DNA of 64,000 nt from Squalus acanthias (lineage: Eukaryota). The notes under the pieces are model-generated. The model did not search any database and was not told where the DNA came from. It worked only from the letters and a program-made list of their open reading frames with translations. Below are positions 49,496 to 62,291 of this stretch, one piece after another (within the stretch, counting starts at the first letter, position 1; each line of letters begins with the position of its first letter). The position numbers and the translations under genes are program-made. The stretch lies in the NCBI GenBank assembly GCA_030390025.1, contig CM059432.1:8060001-8124000 (forward strand). The letters are read 5' to 3'.

Positions 49496-51834
49496 TATAA
49501 GGGAGCTGGATAATAAATAAAGGCAGTTAGATAAATAATTGAAAGAGAAAAAAATTGCAGGGATATGGGGAAAGAGCAGGGGAGTGGGACAAACTTTATT
49601 TTATCTTCATTGTCTGATGTTATTTTGTCTCAGTCCCTCTGATAACGTGACACAATACAAATGCAGATCCCCCCTTAAAAGATTTCTGTATTGAGAACTC
49701 AACGCATGTAACAGAAGTAGAGGGAATTAAAATAATCTTTTTACTTCGCTGTATGCACATTTCTAATGTCGGATTATGCAATTTCAGGATGATCTCTGTA
49801 ATCACAAGGAAAATCATTCGACAAATCTTTTAGGAACACTAGAAAAAACATTTGGAACAAGGAAAGGATTTACAGCTCATCAACAGAAGGATCAGGTACA
49901 ATTTGTACGTCAAAAATCTGACTTAGGAAGCAAGCAATCATGGACAAACCTCATAGAAATTATAGGCACTTGTTTACTGCCTGTGTTAGCTTGACCCTGT
50001 CTTTATTTCTCTTTCTTTCTGATCAGTATTCTCTTGTCTGCTCTTGCTAGTGAGAGAAAGGGAGAAAATGATTGGAACTGTCAATTAATAAGGACAAGTG
50101 TTTTTTGGGGCGTCTCGGACAAGATGAAAAGGAAGACTTTCATCTATATAGTGCCTTTCATGATCGCAGGATGTCCCAAAGCGCTTTACAGCCGATGAAG
50201 TAATTTTTGAAGTGTGGTCACTGTTGTAATTTAGGAGACGCGGCAGCCAATTTATCAGCAAGCTCCCACAAACAGAAGTAGAGGGAATTTAAAATAATCT
50301 CTTTTTACTTCGCTGTATGCACATTTATAATGTTGGATTATGCAATTTTAGGATTATCTCTGCAATCACAAGGAAAATCATTTGACAAATCTTTTAGTTA
50401 CCAGCGATTGACATCAAGGCAGCATTTGACCGAGTGTGGCATCAAGGAGCCCTAGTAAAATTGAACTCAATGGGAATCAGGAGAAAAATGCTTCACTGGC
50501 TGGAGTCATACCTAGCACAAAGGAAGATGGTTGTGGTTGTTGGAGGTTAATCATCTCAGCACCAGGATATCGCTGCAGGAGTTCCACAGGCCCAACCATC
50601 TTCAGCTGCTTCATCAATGACCTTCCCTCCATCATAACGTCAGAAGTGGAGATGTTCGCTGATGATTGCACAGTGTTCAGTTCCACTCGCAACTCTTCAG
50701 ATAATGAAGCAGTCCATGACCGCATACAGCAAGACCTGGACGACATTCAGGCTTGGGCTGATAAGTGGCAAGTAACATTTGCGCAACACATGTGTCAGGC
50801 AATGACTATCTCCAACAAGAGAGAATCTAACCACCGTCCCTTGACATTCAACTGCATTACCATTGCTGAATCCCCCACCATCAACATCCTGGGGGTCATC
50901 ATTGACCAGAAACTTAAATGGACCAGCCACATAAATACTGTGGCTATAAGAACAGGTCAGAGGTTGGGTATTCTGCGGTGAGTGTCTCACCTCCTGACTC
51001 CCCAAAGTCTTTCTACCATCTACAAGGCACAAGTCAGGAGTGTGATGGAATATTCTTCACTTGCCTGGATGAGTGCAGCTCCAACAACACTCAAGAAGCT
51101 TGACACCATCCAGGCCAAAGCAGCCCACTTGATTGGCACCCCATTCACCACCTTAAACATTCACTCCCTCCACCACTGGCGCACCGTGGCTGCAGTGTAT
51201 ACCATCTACAAGATGCACTGCAGCAACTCGCCAAGGCTTCTTCGACAGCACCTCCCAAACCCGCGACCTCTTCCACCTAGAAGGACAAGGGCAGCAGGCG
51301 CATGGAAACACCATCACCTGCAAGTTCCCATCCCAGTCACACACCATCCTGACTTGGCAATATATCGCCGATCCTTCATCGTCGCTGGGTCAAAATCCTG
51401 GAACTCCCTCCCTAACAGCACTGTGGGAGTACCTTCACCACACGGACTGCAGCGGTTCAAGAAGGCGGCTCACCACCACCTTCTCAAGGGCAATTAGGGA
51501 TGGGCAATAAAGGCTGGCCTTGCCAGCGATGCCCACATCCCAGGAATGAATTAAAAAGAAATGTGGCAATGACCAGATAATCTATTTTTTGGTGATATTG
51601 GTTAAGGGGTAAATATTGGCCAGGACACCAGGGAGAACTCCCCTGCTCTTCAAAATAGAGCCATGGGATCTTTTATGTCCACCTGAGAGAGCAGACAGGA
51701 CCTCGGTTTAAGGTCTCATCCAAATGACGGCACATTCCGACAGTGCAGCGCTCCTTCAGCACTACACTGGAGTGTCAGCCCAGATTTTGTGGTCAAGTCC
51801 CTGGAGTGGGACTATGATCCCACAATTCCTTCTA

Positions 51835-51869
<35 letters not shown>

Positions 51870-52267
51870 GCTGGCACGTATGAAGATGAGACAGAGGTTT
51901 AAGCATCTCCAGCAAGGAGGTAGGGACTCTTATCACTCGAGGTTGTTTTGAGGCATGTTCCAATGGCTCGTGTCAGGGCAGTAATGGACAGTTAATCACC
52001 CATCTATCTCATTGAGTACTGCATGAAATGGGCAAACCAAAGGATGGGAGAAAAGAGCGCATGAATAATAAATCATTGGTGCCTGAGAGCAACTAGAATT
52101 CTAATTCAGATTTAATTTAAGTTTCCTTTGAAATATTATCAATGGGCAGTACTGTAGTAATGAAAAAAAATCATAGTCCTGGGTCTCCAATCGTTATTAT
52201 TATACATAAAGCAGAAGAGTTTAAGGTCAGTCTTCAGTTCTACGCTGCCTCAGTGTGCGTGTGCATT

Positions 52268-52549
52268 ATAGAAACATAGAAACATAGAATCTAGGAGCAG
52301 GAGTAGGCCATTCGGCCCGTCGAGCCTGCTCCGCCATTCAATATGATCATGGCTGATCATCCAAATCCAGTACCCTGTCCCTGCTTTAATCCCCACAGTA
52401 CACATATCCCACCCTACCCCCGTAACCCCACGTATTTAATTCCCCCTAACATATCCCATCCTATCCCCATAACCCCACATATTTAATCCCCCCTAACACT
52501 AAGGGTCAATTTATCATAGCCAAATCAACCTAACCCACACATTTTTGGA
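52268..52549 (-). mobile_element. 5'-truncated HE1-like SINE
   Basis: Near-identical to 33858-34140; ATTATA flanks. Confidence 0.9.
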
Positions 52550-53004
52550 TTATACATTATCATTATTAAAGTGTGGCATGCAGCAAGTGAAATTGAGGTG
52601 ACAATGTACTGAATGAAGAAAAGCATATGAATTGGAGACTGAATGAAAGATATTCCTACAATGGTATAACTGGGGCACTAGTACTAAGGATGTTGAACCG
52701 AAGACTTGTCCGCCTGTGCAGGGGAAGATTACAGCTAACTGGGAAGAGAGTAGGGTTGGAAGGATGAGATCCAAAGGGCCAACAAAAGCTTTCTTCATCT
52801 GAACCGATCTAATTGATGCAAAGATTGAAAGATATTTTTGATAATGGAATCCCCTTTAGTTCCTGGTAAAAATGGTGAATATTTGTGGAACTATGGACAG
52901 TGTTGGAGAGATATGTGCAAATGTGACCAGGAAGTGGTGGAATGTTAACAACGAGGTCTTCTGGTAGCACACTAATTAACACGTTGATGTAAAGTTCATT
53001 TGTG

Positions 53005-55630
53005 CCTTTATTACAAAAGGATTGGAGTAGAAGAGTGAAGAGGTCTTACTGCAATTATATAGGGCCTTGGCGAGACCACACCTGTAGCATTGTGTACAGT
53101 TTTGGACTAAAGGAGGATATACTTGCCTTAGAGGGGTGCAACGAAAGTTCACCAGACTGTTTCCTGGGTTTGGGGGGGGGGGCGTGGGGGGGGGGAGGTT
53201 GTCCTATGAGGAGAGTTTGAGGAGACTAGGCCTATATTCCCTAGAATTTAGAAGAATGAGAGGTGATCTCATTGAAACATATAAAATTCTTACAGGGTAG
53301 ATGCAGGTAGGATGTTTCCCCTGGCTGGGGAGTCTAGAACCAGGGGTCACAGTCTCAGAATAAGGGTTCAGCCATTTAGGACTGAGATGAGTAGAAATTT
53401 CTTCACTCAAAGGGATGTGAATCTTTGGAATTCTCTACCCCAGAGGGCTGTGGATGTTCAGTCGTTGAGAATATTCAAGACAGAGATCGATAGATTTTTG
53501 GATATTAAGGGAATCAAGGGATATGGGGATAGTGCAGGAAGGTGGAGTTGAGGTAGAAGATCAGCCATGATCTTATTGAATGGCGGAGCAGGCTCGAAGG
53601 GCCGAATGGCCGACTCCTGCTCCTATTTCTTATGTTCTTATGTGCATTATTTTAACACATTGATAATCTTTTATTTTTAAATAGGTTAGCAGCTGCATTC
53701 ATATTGTGTGCAAGGAAATTTCATTCAAACACATTAACCAATGCACTGTATTAAATCACAAGAAGTTGGCAATGGTTCTTTTATTGCCCAACCCTAGTTG
53801 CCTTGTAAAATCTTGTATCTTATGCTTTGGTTAAATAAATGACACTGAAAATTGCTGTCTCCACATAGGCTTTAAAGAAAACGTTTCACCGTGGTTCATT
53901 AGGAAGGTAGTTGAAGTGAGAATTACTTGTTGCTCAAAGTAATTATTATTTGATGTAGAAAAATAATATACTCATGAGATGTATCCTCCACACAGAAATC
54001 CTCAAGTTAGAATCTCCCAGCTGCCAGTCTGCCTAAGTAGTCTCACCAAGAGAGAGTGTCCCCATGGATCCTGCAGATGATCCAAAGAGAATATTGCGAG
54101 TCGTGGCTTTGGGCCAATTTAAGAGTCTCCCTGGAAGCAGTGAACCCTGGTAAATCGTGTCTCCCTGGGAGGGCAGATTTCTATCCCAGTAGTATAATTC
54201 TGTGGGGTCCTGAAGCTCTCGAGTAACGCTCAGGCCAATCTGAAATTTGTTTTTTTATTCATTCATGGGATGTGGGCGTCGTTAGCAAGGCCAGCATTTA
54301 TATAGGGCCCTGGTGAGACCGCACCTGGAGTATTGTGTACAGTTTTGTTCTCCTTACCTAATGAAAGATATACTTGCCTGAGAGGGAGTGCAACGAAGGT
54401 TCACCAGAATGGTTCCTGGGATGGGGGGATTGTCCTATGAGGACAGATTGAGTAGACTAGGCCTATATTCTCTAGAGTTTAGAAGAATGAGAGGTGATCT
54501 CATTGAAACATACAAAATTCTTACAGGGCTTGACAGGGTAGATGCAGGGAGGATGTTTCCCCTGGCTGGGGAGCCTAGAACCAGGGGTCACAGTCTCAGA
54601 ATAAGAGGTTGGCCATTTAGGACTGAGATGAGGAGAAATTTCTTCACTCAGAGGGTGGTGAAACTTTGGAATTCTCTACCCCAGAGGGCTGTGGAGGCTC
54701 AGTCGTTGAGTATATTCAAGACTGAGATCGATAGATTTTTGAATATTAAGGGAATCAAGGGATATGGGGTTAGTGCAGGAAAGTGGAGATGAGGTAGAAG
54801 ATCAGCCATCATTTTACTGAATGGCGGAGCAGGCTCGAGGGGCCGTGTGGCCGACTCCTGCTCCTATTTCTTATGTTCTCTTATTGCCCATCATTAATTG
54901 TACTTGAGAAGTTGGCAGTGAGCCGCCTTCTTCAATACAACTGAGTGGCAGAGGGAAGTTAAGAGTCAACCACATTGCTGTGAGTCTGGAGCCAGACCTG
55001 GTGAGGACGGCAGATTTCCTTCCCTAAAGGGCATTAGTGAACCAGATGGGTTTTTACGACAATCCGATAGTTTCATGGTCACCATTGACTGATTCTAGCT
55101 TTTTTATTCCAGATTTATTTAATTAACTGAACTTAAATTCCCCAGCTGCCGTGGTGGGATTTGAACTTTTGTCTCCAGATCATTAGTCCAGGCCTCTGGA
55201 TCACTAGTCCAGTAGCATAACCATGAGAAATCTATGGAATTTGCTACCTCAGAGAGCTGTGGAAGCTGCGACATTAAATAAATTTAAAACGGAGATAGAC
55301 AGTTTCCTAGCTGATAAGGGAATTAAGGGTTATGGGGAGCGGGCAGGGAAGTGGACGTGAGTCTAGGTTCGGATCAGCCATGATCCTATTGAATGGCGGA
55401 GCAGGCCCGAGGGGTCGTATGGCCCACTCCTGCTCCTACTTCTTATGTTCTTATGTAAATCCTCATCACATTTAAAAAGTACTTGGATGTGCGCTTGAAG
55501 TGCCGTAACCTACAGGGCTACGGACCAAGAGCTGGAAAGTGGGATTAGGCTGGATAGCTCTTTGTCGGCCGCCACAGACACGATGGGCCGAATGGCCTGC
55601 TTCTGTGCCGTTAACTTTTATGATTCGATG
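53005..55630 (+). mobile_element. Cluster of CR1 3' fragments (53005-53643, 54298-54880, 55222-55456, 55470-55630)
   Basis: Repeated ORF2 C-terminus and CR1 3' UTR/tails; unique DNA lies between 53650 and 54240. Confidence 0.88.
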
Positions 55631-56339
55631 ATTATGCCACCGGACCCCTGAAATTGCTTCCCATATATTTGCTCCAAGATACTGAAAGGCTAAGGAAGTG
55701 TTGGGGGGGGGTTGCGGGTTGGGGTGGGGGGGCGGCTGCGGCAGAAGGAGGGATGCGGGGGAGCAACTCAAGGTTCTCAAATTGGTAATCAAATTGATGC
55801 TTTTACAAAATATGTGGAAAAAATCGCATTGGTATTTTTTTTTTGATGGTGCATTGCTTTGAACAGAAAATACTTCCCTCAGGACTTTCCTTCCCGTTAA
55901 TCATATGGAGGGTTGCTGCCGCAGGACTATTGCACTGTGTGTTTGGTCTTTTGAAGGCGTTACAAGTTCGAATTTGAACCTATTCTCTTCTGATTTGCTT
56001 TCCAGCAAGAAATGTAACAGTGAATTGGCCTTCAGGTGACACATCCGAGCATGATACCAATTTTATTTTGGAATGAGAGTGCAACAGCAGCTCGGGACCA
56101 CAGCTCTCTATTACAAGGCTGCTTGCTTTTAAAAAAGAAAATGTTTTTGATGATGATTGGTTAAGGCATTTAAAGGAAGAGAATGAGAAAATTATTCTAT
56201 CATAAGGAGGACTTTGATGCAGCAGGGATTAGAAGCTTTTTTTCCCCTCATAACCTACTGTTCTGCACTACTTTGAAGTTGGGCACAGAAGATGTTGCAG
56301 ACTTGGAATACTGAAGAATGCACAGAGCCTTTATGTAGT

Positions 56340-57612
56340 ATTCTGGCCTCTTGAGCATCCCCCGATTTCCTTCGCTGCTCCACTGGCGGCCGTGCCTTCA
56401 CCTGCTTCGGCCCTAAGCACTGGAATTCCCTCCCAAAACCTCTCCACCTCTCTCTCTCCTTCTTTAAGACGCTCCTTAAAACCTACCTCTTTGACCAAGC
56501 TTTAACGTTGCCTGTCCCAATATCTCCTTCCATGGCTTAGTGTCAAATTTTGTTTTGGGACGTTTTACTACATGAAAGGCGCTATGTAAATGCAAGTTGT
56601 TGTTGTTGTTGTTGTTGTTGTAAAGCATTGTCAGATTGCCCAGGTTGGCCCCATTGGTACACATTTGGGGATTCTGTCTTGTTGACCAGAATATCACCAA
56701 TTCTTCACAATTAGTTCCTTGTCCAAAACTCGGCTGCCCCGTGTCCGAACTCGCACCAAGTCCCGTTGCCCATCACCCCCTGTGCTCGCTGACCTGCATT
56801 GGCTCCCGGTTAAGCAACGCCTCGATTTAAAATTCTCATCCTTGTTTTCCAATCCCTCCATGGCCCCTCGCCCCCTCCCTATCTCTGTAATCTCTCCAGC
56901 CCCAAAACCCCCCCCCCCGAGATATCTGCGCTCCTCTAATTCTGACCTCTTGAGCATCACTGACTATAATCGCTCCACCATTGGCGGCCGTGCCTTCTGT
57001 TGCCTAGGCCCTAAGTTCTGGAATTCCCTCCCTAGATCGGGTGGAGGCGGGGAGGATGTTTCCACTGATGGGTGAGACTAGAACTAGGGGACATAATCTT
57101 AGAATAAGGGGCTGCCGTTTCAAAACTGAGATGAGGAGAAACTTCTTCACTCAGAGGGTAGTAAATCGATGGAATTTGCTACCTCAGAGAGCTGTGGAAG
57201 CTGCGACATTAAATAAATTTAAAACGGAGATAGACAGTTTCCTAGCTGATAAGGGAATTAAGGGTTATGGGGAGCGGGCAGGGAAGTGGACGTGAGTCTA
57301 GGTTCGGATCAGCCATGATCCTATTGAATGGCGGAGCAGGCCCGAAGGGTCGTATGGCCGACTCCTGCTCCTACTTCTTATGTTCTTATGTTCTAAACCT
57401 CTCCGCCTCTCTACCTCTCTTTCCTCCTTTAAGCCGCTCCTTAAAACCGACCTCTTTGACCAAGCTTTTGGTCACCTGCCCTAATTTATCCTTATGTGGC
57501 TCGGTGTCAAATTTTTTGTCTTAAAATACTCCTGTGCAGCGCCTTGGGACGTTTAACTACATTAAAGGCGTTATATAAATACAAGTTGTTGTTGTTGTTG
57601 TTGTTGTTGTTG
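56340..57612 (+). mobile_element. Two L2 3' fragments (56340-56620, 56718-57612), the second split by a CR1 (57035-57393)
   Basis: LADLHWLPVKQRLD..GGRAFCCLGPKFWNSLP; (TTG)n tails. Confidence 0.88.
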
Positions 57613-57619
57613 TGTAAGC

Positions 57620-58430
57620 CTGGCACGGCTGGTCGCATTCTTGCCTTTGAGTCAGAATGTTGTTTTAGCCCCACTCCAGGACCTGAGGACATAACTCAGG
57701 CTGACACTGCAGGGCAGCATTGAGAGTTTGCTGCATTATCAGAGGCGCTGCCCTTCGAATAAGACGTCAATCTGAGGCCCTGTCAGCCTGTTATGGTGTT
57801 TGAAATGAATGGTAAAAATCCCACAGGAGAAGAGGAAGGTCAGGGAGTTCTGACCTGATCAAAACTCCCCCCCCCCCTTCAACTAATACCGGCAAATTCA
57901 GGTAAACTATTCATCATCCCATAGCTTTTTGTGAGATTTTGCTGTGTACAAAATGGCTGATACATTTGTTTAAATAGTAAGTCAGTGCAAAATAATATAT
58001 GAAGTGCTTTAAGATATTTCTTTAAGATATTTATGATAATAATGTGCTATATAAATGCTATTTTTTCTTAGCATATTTTGGGCTTTTGTAGCTTCCTTTA
58101 CCTGCTGGGCATTGTTACTTTCCTGGGTGAAGTTTTAAGAGAACCTAAGAGAACATAAGAAATAGGAGCAGGAATAGGCCACTTGGCCCCTCGAGCCTGC
58201 TCCGTCATTCAATAAGATCATGGCTGATCTTGGGCTCAAAGCCACTTCCCTGCCCACTCCCCATAACCCTTCACTCCCTTATCTTGCAAATATCTGTCTA
58301 TCTCCACCTTAAATGTAGTTAATGACCCAGCCTCCACGGCTCTATGGGGCAGAGAATTCCATAGATTTACGACCCTCTGAGAGAAGAAATTCCTCCTCAT
58401 CTCAGTTCTAAAAGGGCGACCCTTTATTCT
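57620..58430. mobile_element. Highly diverged DeuSINE (57620-58070, +) and a CR1 3' fragment (58140-58430, -)
   Basis: Similarity to other copies. Confidence 0.7.
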
Positions 58431-60640
58431 GAAATTCTTTAATTTTGTTTGACCTATATTTTGATGATGTAAAAAAATATTCATCCTCAGGATTTCAGCA
58501 CCTTTGGCAAGGTTGGCATTTATCACCAACGTTCCCTTCAGTATTTTGGGAGGGGGGTGCACGGTCCCTTTAAGGGGCTGTGCGGCCCCTTTAAAATACC
58601 GCACATGGACGGTTTTTCCCATTTAAAAGCAGGTGAGCTGGCTGCGCGGAATCTCCAGAGCGTGGCTTGCAGGCAACATTGCTTATCTCCAGTCGCCTCT
58701 GCAGAGGGGCAGTTAAGAGTCAACCACATTGATGTGGGACTGGAGTCACATGGAGGCCAGACCGGATAAAGACGGCAGGTTCCCTTCCCTAAAGGACGCT
58801 AACGAACGTTTTTGCGACAGTCTGACAGCTTCATTGTCACTTTCAGGAAGGAAATGAATAACCATTTGGTGGAGGAAGTTGTGAAGGAATAGCCAGGATT
58901 CAGAAAAATACACGATACTAAAAACAGATTTCTGAAATTATTAATAAATGACATACTGGGTTTAAAAGACATACGCCTTAGCAGACACAGGCTGCAAACA
59001 GAATACAGGCTTATGAGATAAGATGGTTTGTTAACACAAAGCTGTGAACACAAGCTTTGAGATGGGAATGCGATATTGACAAAGACAATGCCCTATTGAA
59101 GCAAACCATTGGGAGGTTCCTCTATGTCTAGAGTTTGGGAGAAAAACAATGGAATGACCCAAGTAAAGTGTTATAATCTAACACGTCGAACAGGTGCACA
59201 GAACATTAAAAAAACCAAGTGCCTTTGAAAAAATGACATCAAGTAAGAAATATCTGTCGTAAAATAGTTTTATGTTAAACTTAAAGACAGGAAATATGAT
59301 TAAATATGCAACCAATTGAGATAGCTAGAAAACAAGTAAACACTGAGTTAAAGTGTTTTCAATTTACATATTGTAAAAATGATACCTACAGAAGGCTTTG
59401 AAGAAATGACATCAAGTAAAAGAAACGCCTGCTGAACAAATAGTTTTAATGTTAAGCTTGAAATATGGAGTCCCAAGGTCTGATAAAAACCAATTGAAGT
59501 AAATGAGAAATGTATGGAACACCCGAGATAAAGTATTTACAAGTTGTAAAAGGTACACAAACAAGACGACTTTGAAAATATTACTTCAATGGATGCACCA
59601 AGCAATGACATTGTTCTTGTATTGAACTTGGAATACCACGGAGTCACAACTTCAGATAATAACCAGTTAAAGTAGTATTAGAAATTCAATAGAAAGACTT
59701 CTAAGAATTGCATCAAACAGAAACCATTGCTGTCATTGTGTTATGATGGTTTTTGAAACATCTAAGGTAGAGACATAATTATGCATGCAATGGCTAAATT
59801 GACAGTAAAGACAGAAAGCATTCAACAGAGATATCAATAAAGAATAGAACAAAGTCAGCAAAGAATGACTTGATACAATTAAGCTTACATCATCAGGAAA
59901 ACTTCAAAGGATAAACCACCCAAAAAAGATATAAAAATAGACCTTTTCAAACAGAAAGTCAGAAGTCACTGGGAAGACAAGCATTTCTCAACTTTACAGA
60001 CATTCTCTGTAAGTTTACAACTTTTGAGTCTCAGGTAATCAAGGTATTTGATTTTGGTGGATATTCTGGATTAAGAAATAAAAGCTATTTGAATTTTGAA
60101 CTATTAAATTCGCGATTGACTTCAGATATTCTGGATTAAGAAATAAGTAGAAGTGTGGAAATGTAACGAAGTTAAGATTTGAGAATAAGGATCTCTGAGA
60201 ATAAGAAATGTAAGCTATTTGTATTTTGAATGATTAAAGTTGTGATTGCCATAATAAATGTTATCTAAATGTCGGTTCGTTAATAAATCCATATATTTTT
60301 AGAATAATCTCAAAGAGTATTTCTGTATCATCTTGCAAACTCAATTTCTGTACACTCAAAGGAGTTGCAGAATTCTTGGGGGTATTCTGGACCCTCATAA
60401 TGTCCGGAAGGTTACAGTCTAGTTAAACTTATTAAAAGTACTATCCAGAGGACGGTAACATCTTTAGACCGTTTCTTTCCTTTAGGGAGAGGTAGTCTGA
60501 CCTTTAGACCCAATTAAGCGTCTTATAGGATCCGGCTACTGCAAACGTTAGTTGAAGGTAAACATCTGGGGAATATGCCTGATTTGGGGTAGTCCAAAAG
60601 GGCTAGGACTTGTAATTATCCCTTCAAAGTAATTGAGAGA

Positions 60641-62186
60641 TGTAAGCCTTTCTCTTACTAGTGCTTGGACTTCGAGAATTACGAATAAGCGTAACAATGG
60701 CAGACAAGTATGTGATCAATAAAATTGATCTTTATTCACACTACAGTTTAAAATTCAAGTGTACGTCGCAATCAATATGTGCCCAATTTACCCGTACATA
60801 AAAGTACCTTCCCGGCAACTTACACGCTACCTCCGGACAATTTGGGCTGGATTTTCATAGACCCGTGGAGGCGGGTTTGGAGGCGTGTGGGGGGTTAAAA
60901 TTGCGAAAAGTGGCGGGCGGACCCGATCCTGCCTCCACGCAATTTTGATGAAATCGTGTGCAGTGGTCCCGTCTCCGTCCCACCTCCAAGAGGCGGGAGA
61001 GGCCATTAAAGCCCTTAACAAGCCCTAAATTGGCTCTGTAATGCCATTTTGAAATGTTTTAGCTAGTTTAACCCTTTTCCCACGTGAAGCACGCCTGGTG
61101 TGAAACACGCCAGTGAAACCTGGCAGGAGCACAAGTGGATAGCTGACTATCAGCTGCAGGTCCACTATTACAACGGAGATGTGATGAAGGTAGCAGTAGT
61201 ATTCGGTCTGAAAGTCGCCTCTGATGCTGCTGCATTGAATGTCTTCAGAGACTGCCTGGCCTTTGCTGTGAGAGGACCTGGATGCAAAAAAATTCTCATT
61301 CTCTCTCTCTGTCTCTCTGGTGGTGGTGTAAAAATATCTGGGAGCAGACTTAGGGCTGCTGCTGCTCATTTTGCTCATTTTGCAGGTCCTCTCACAGCAA
61401 CAGCCAGGCAGTCTTTGAAGACCTTCAATGCAGCAGCAATGATGACATCATCAAAGGCGACTTTCAGACTGAAACCACTAATTGGTTCATGGGTTCCCAC
61501 ATGCTGGAACTCAATTGCCCAATTAGGTGAAAATTGCATCAATCTCCCACATCCAAATGCAGTCGGGTGGATAACACGACCCCAACCCGCCCCAGTATCA
61601 AAATCCAGCCCTTTATGTTCCAAGTCAACCGTACATAAAAGTACCCTTTAATAATATCTAAGCTCTATGTCCGACTTTCATACATACTCCTTTATCTCTG
61701 GGTGATCAATCCAGAAAAGTCAAAACATAGACTGGTCAGCTGTCTTTGTTCGTCTGTTCTTCCACTTCTGTCTTCTTTCTTTCTTCTGTGTTCTGAATTT
61801 CCTGCCTCTGGGTCACTCTTTATAGTGCCTTTCTGCTGGCCTCCCTCATATATCACTGTCTGCCTACCTCTGATAGGTCAGTTTCACTCCAAACCTTCCC
61901 TGATTGGCGTTCCTTCCGCATGACACGTTTATGTTCCTGTGAGGTGTGTGGGGGCGGGACTTCCTTGTCAGTCGTGTTTCTTCTTCCTGTCCATGTGGCC
62001 TCACAAACAAAGGACCATATGCTGACCACCAGGCAAAGGACCCTCTGCTGACTTCCGCCATTTTGTGTCTTCACAAACAAAGAACACACGCAGACCTCCT
62101 ACATTTTGAACCATTTCACAATTTGTTCTGAACTTCGATCTCCACACTGGTAGCAGTGGTTTTATTACAGTTTCTAGAATCTTACA
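60641..62186 (-). mobile_element. Solo LTR (~775 bp without the MITE)
   Basis: TGTAAG...CTTACA ends; 4-bp TSD GAGA; on the minus strand, in order: YY1/ETS-like AAAATGGCGGAAGT (~62051-62064), GC box (61951), CCAAT (61903), TATAAA (61819-61824), AATAAA (60731). Confidence 0.8.
60844..61611. mobile_element. Harbinger-type MITE with an internal hairpin
   Basis: TIR GGGCTGGATTTT / AAAATCCAGCCC; TSD TTT. Confidence 0.93.
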
Positions 62187-62291
62187 GAGAGTGCATGGTA
62201 TTTTTTCAAACTTTGGGGTTAGCATAATGGAGCACAACTCTCTGTTCTCGTCCTGTGCGTTCCTTTGTTCCTGTGTATAGTGCTTTATCAG

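Noticed and set aside
60162..60416. TGTAAC...GTTACA putative LTR after a purine-rich tract
   Set aside because: No matching TSD or partner LTR, and a local duplication (60067-60120 versus 60196-60250) spans the proposed boundary
61900..62070. Parvovirus/anellovirus-like promoter (CGCCATTTT, GC box)
   Set aside because: No viral ORF nearby; better explained as the U3 region of the TSD-flanked solo LTR
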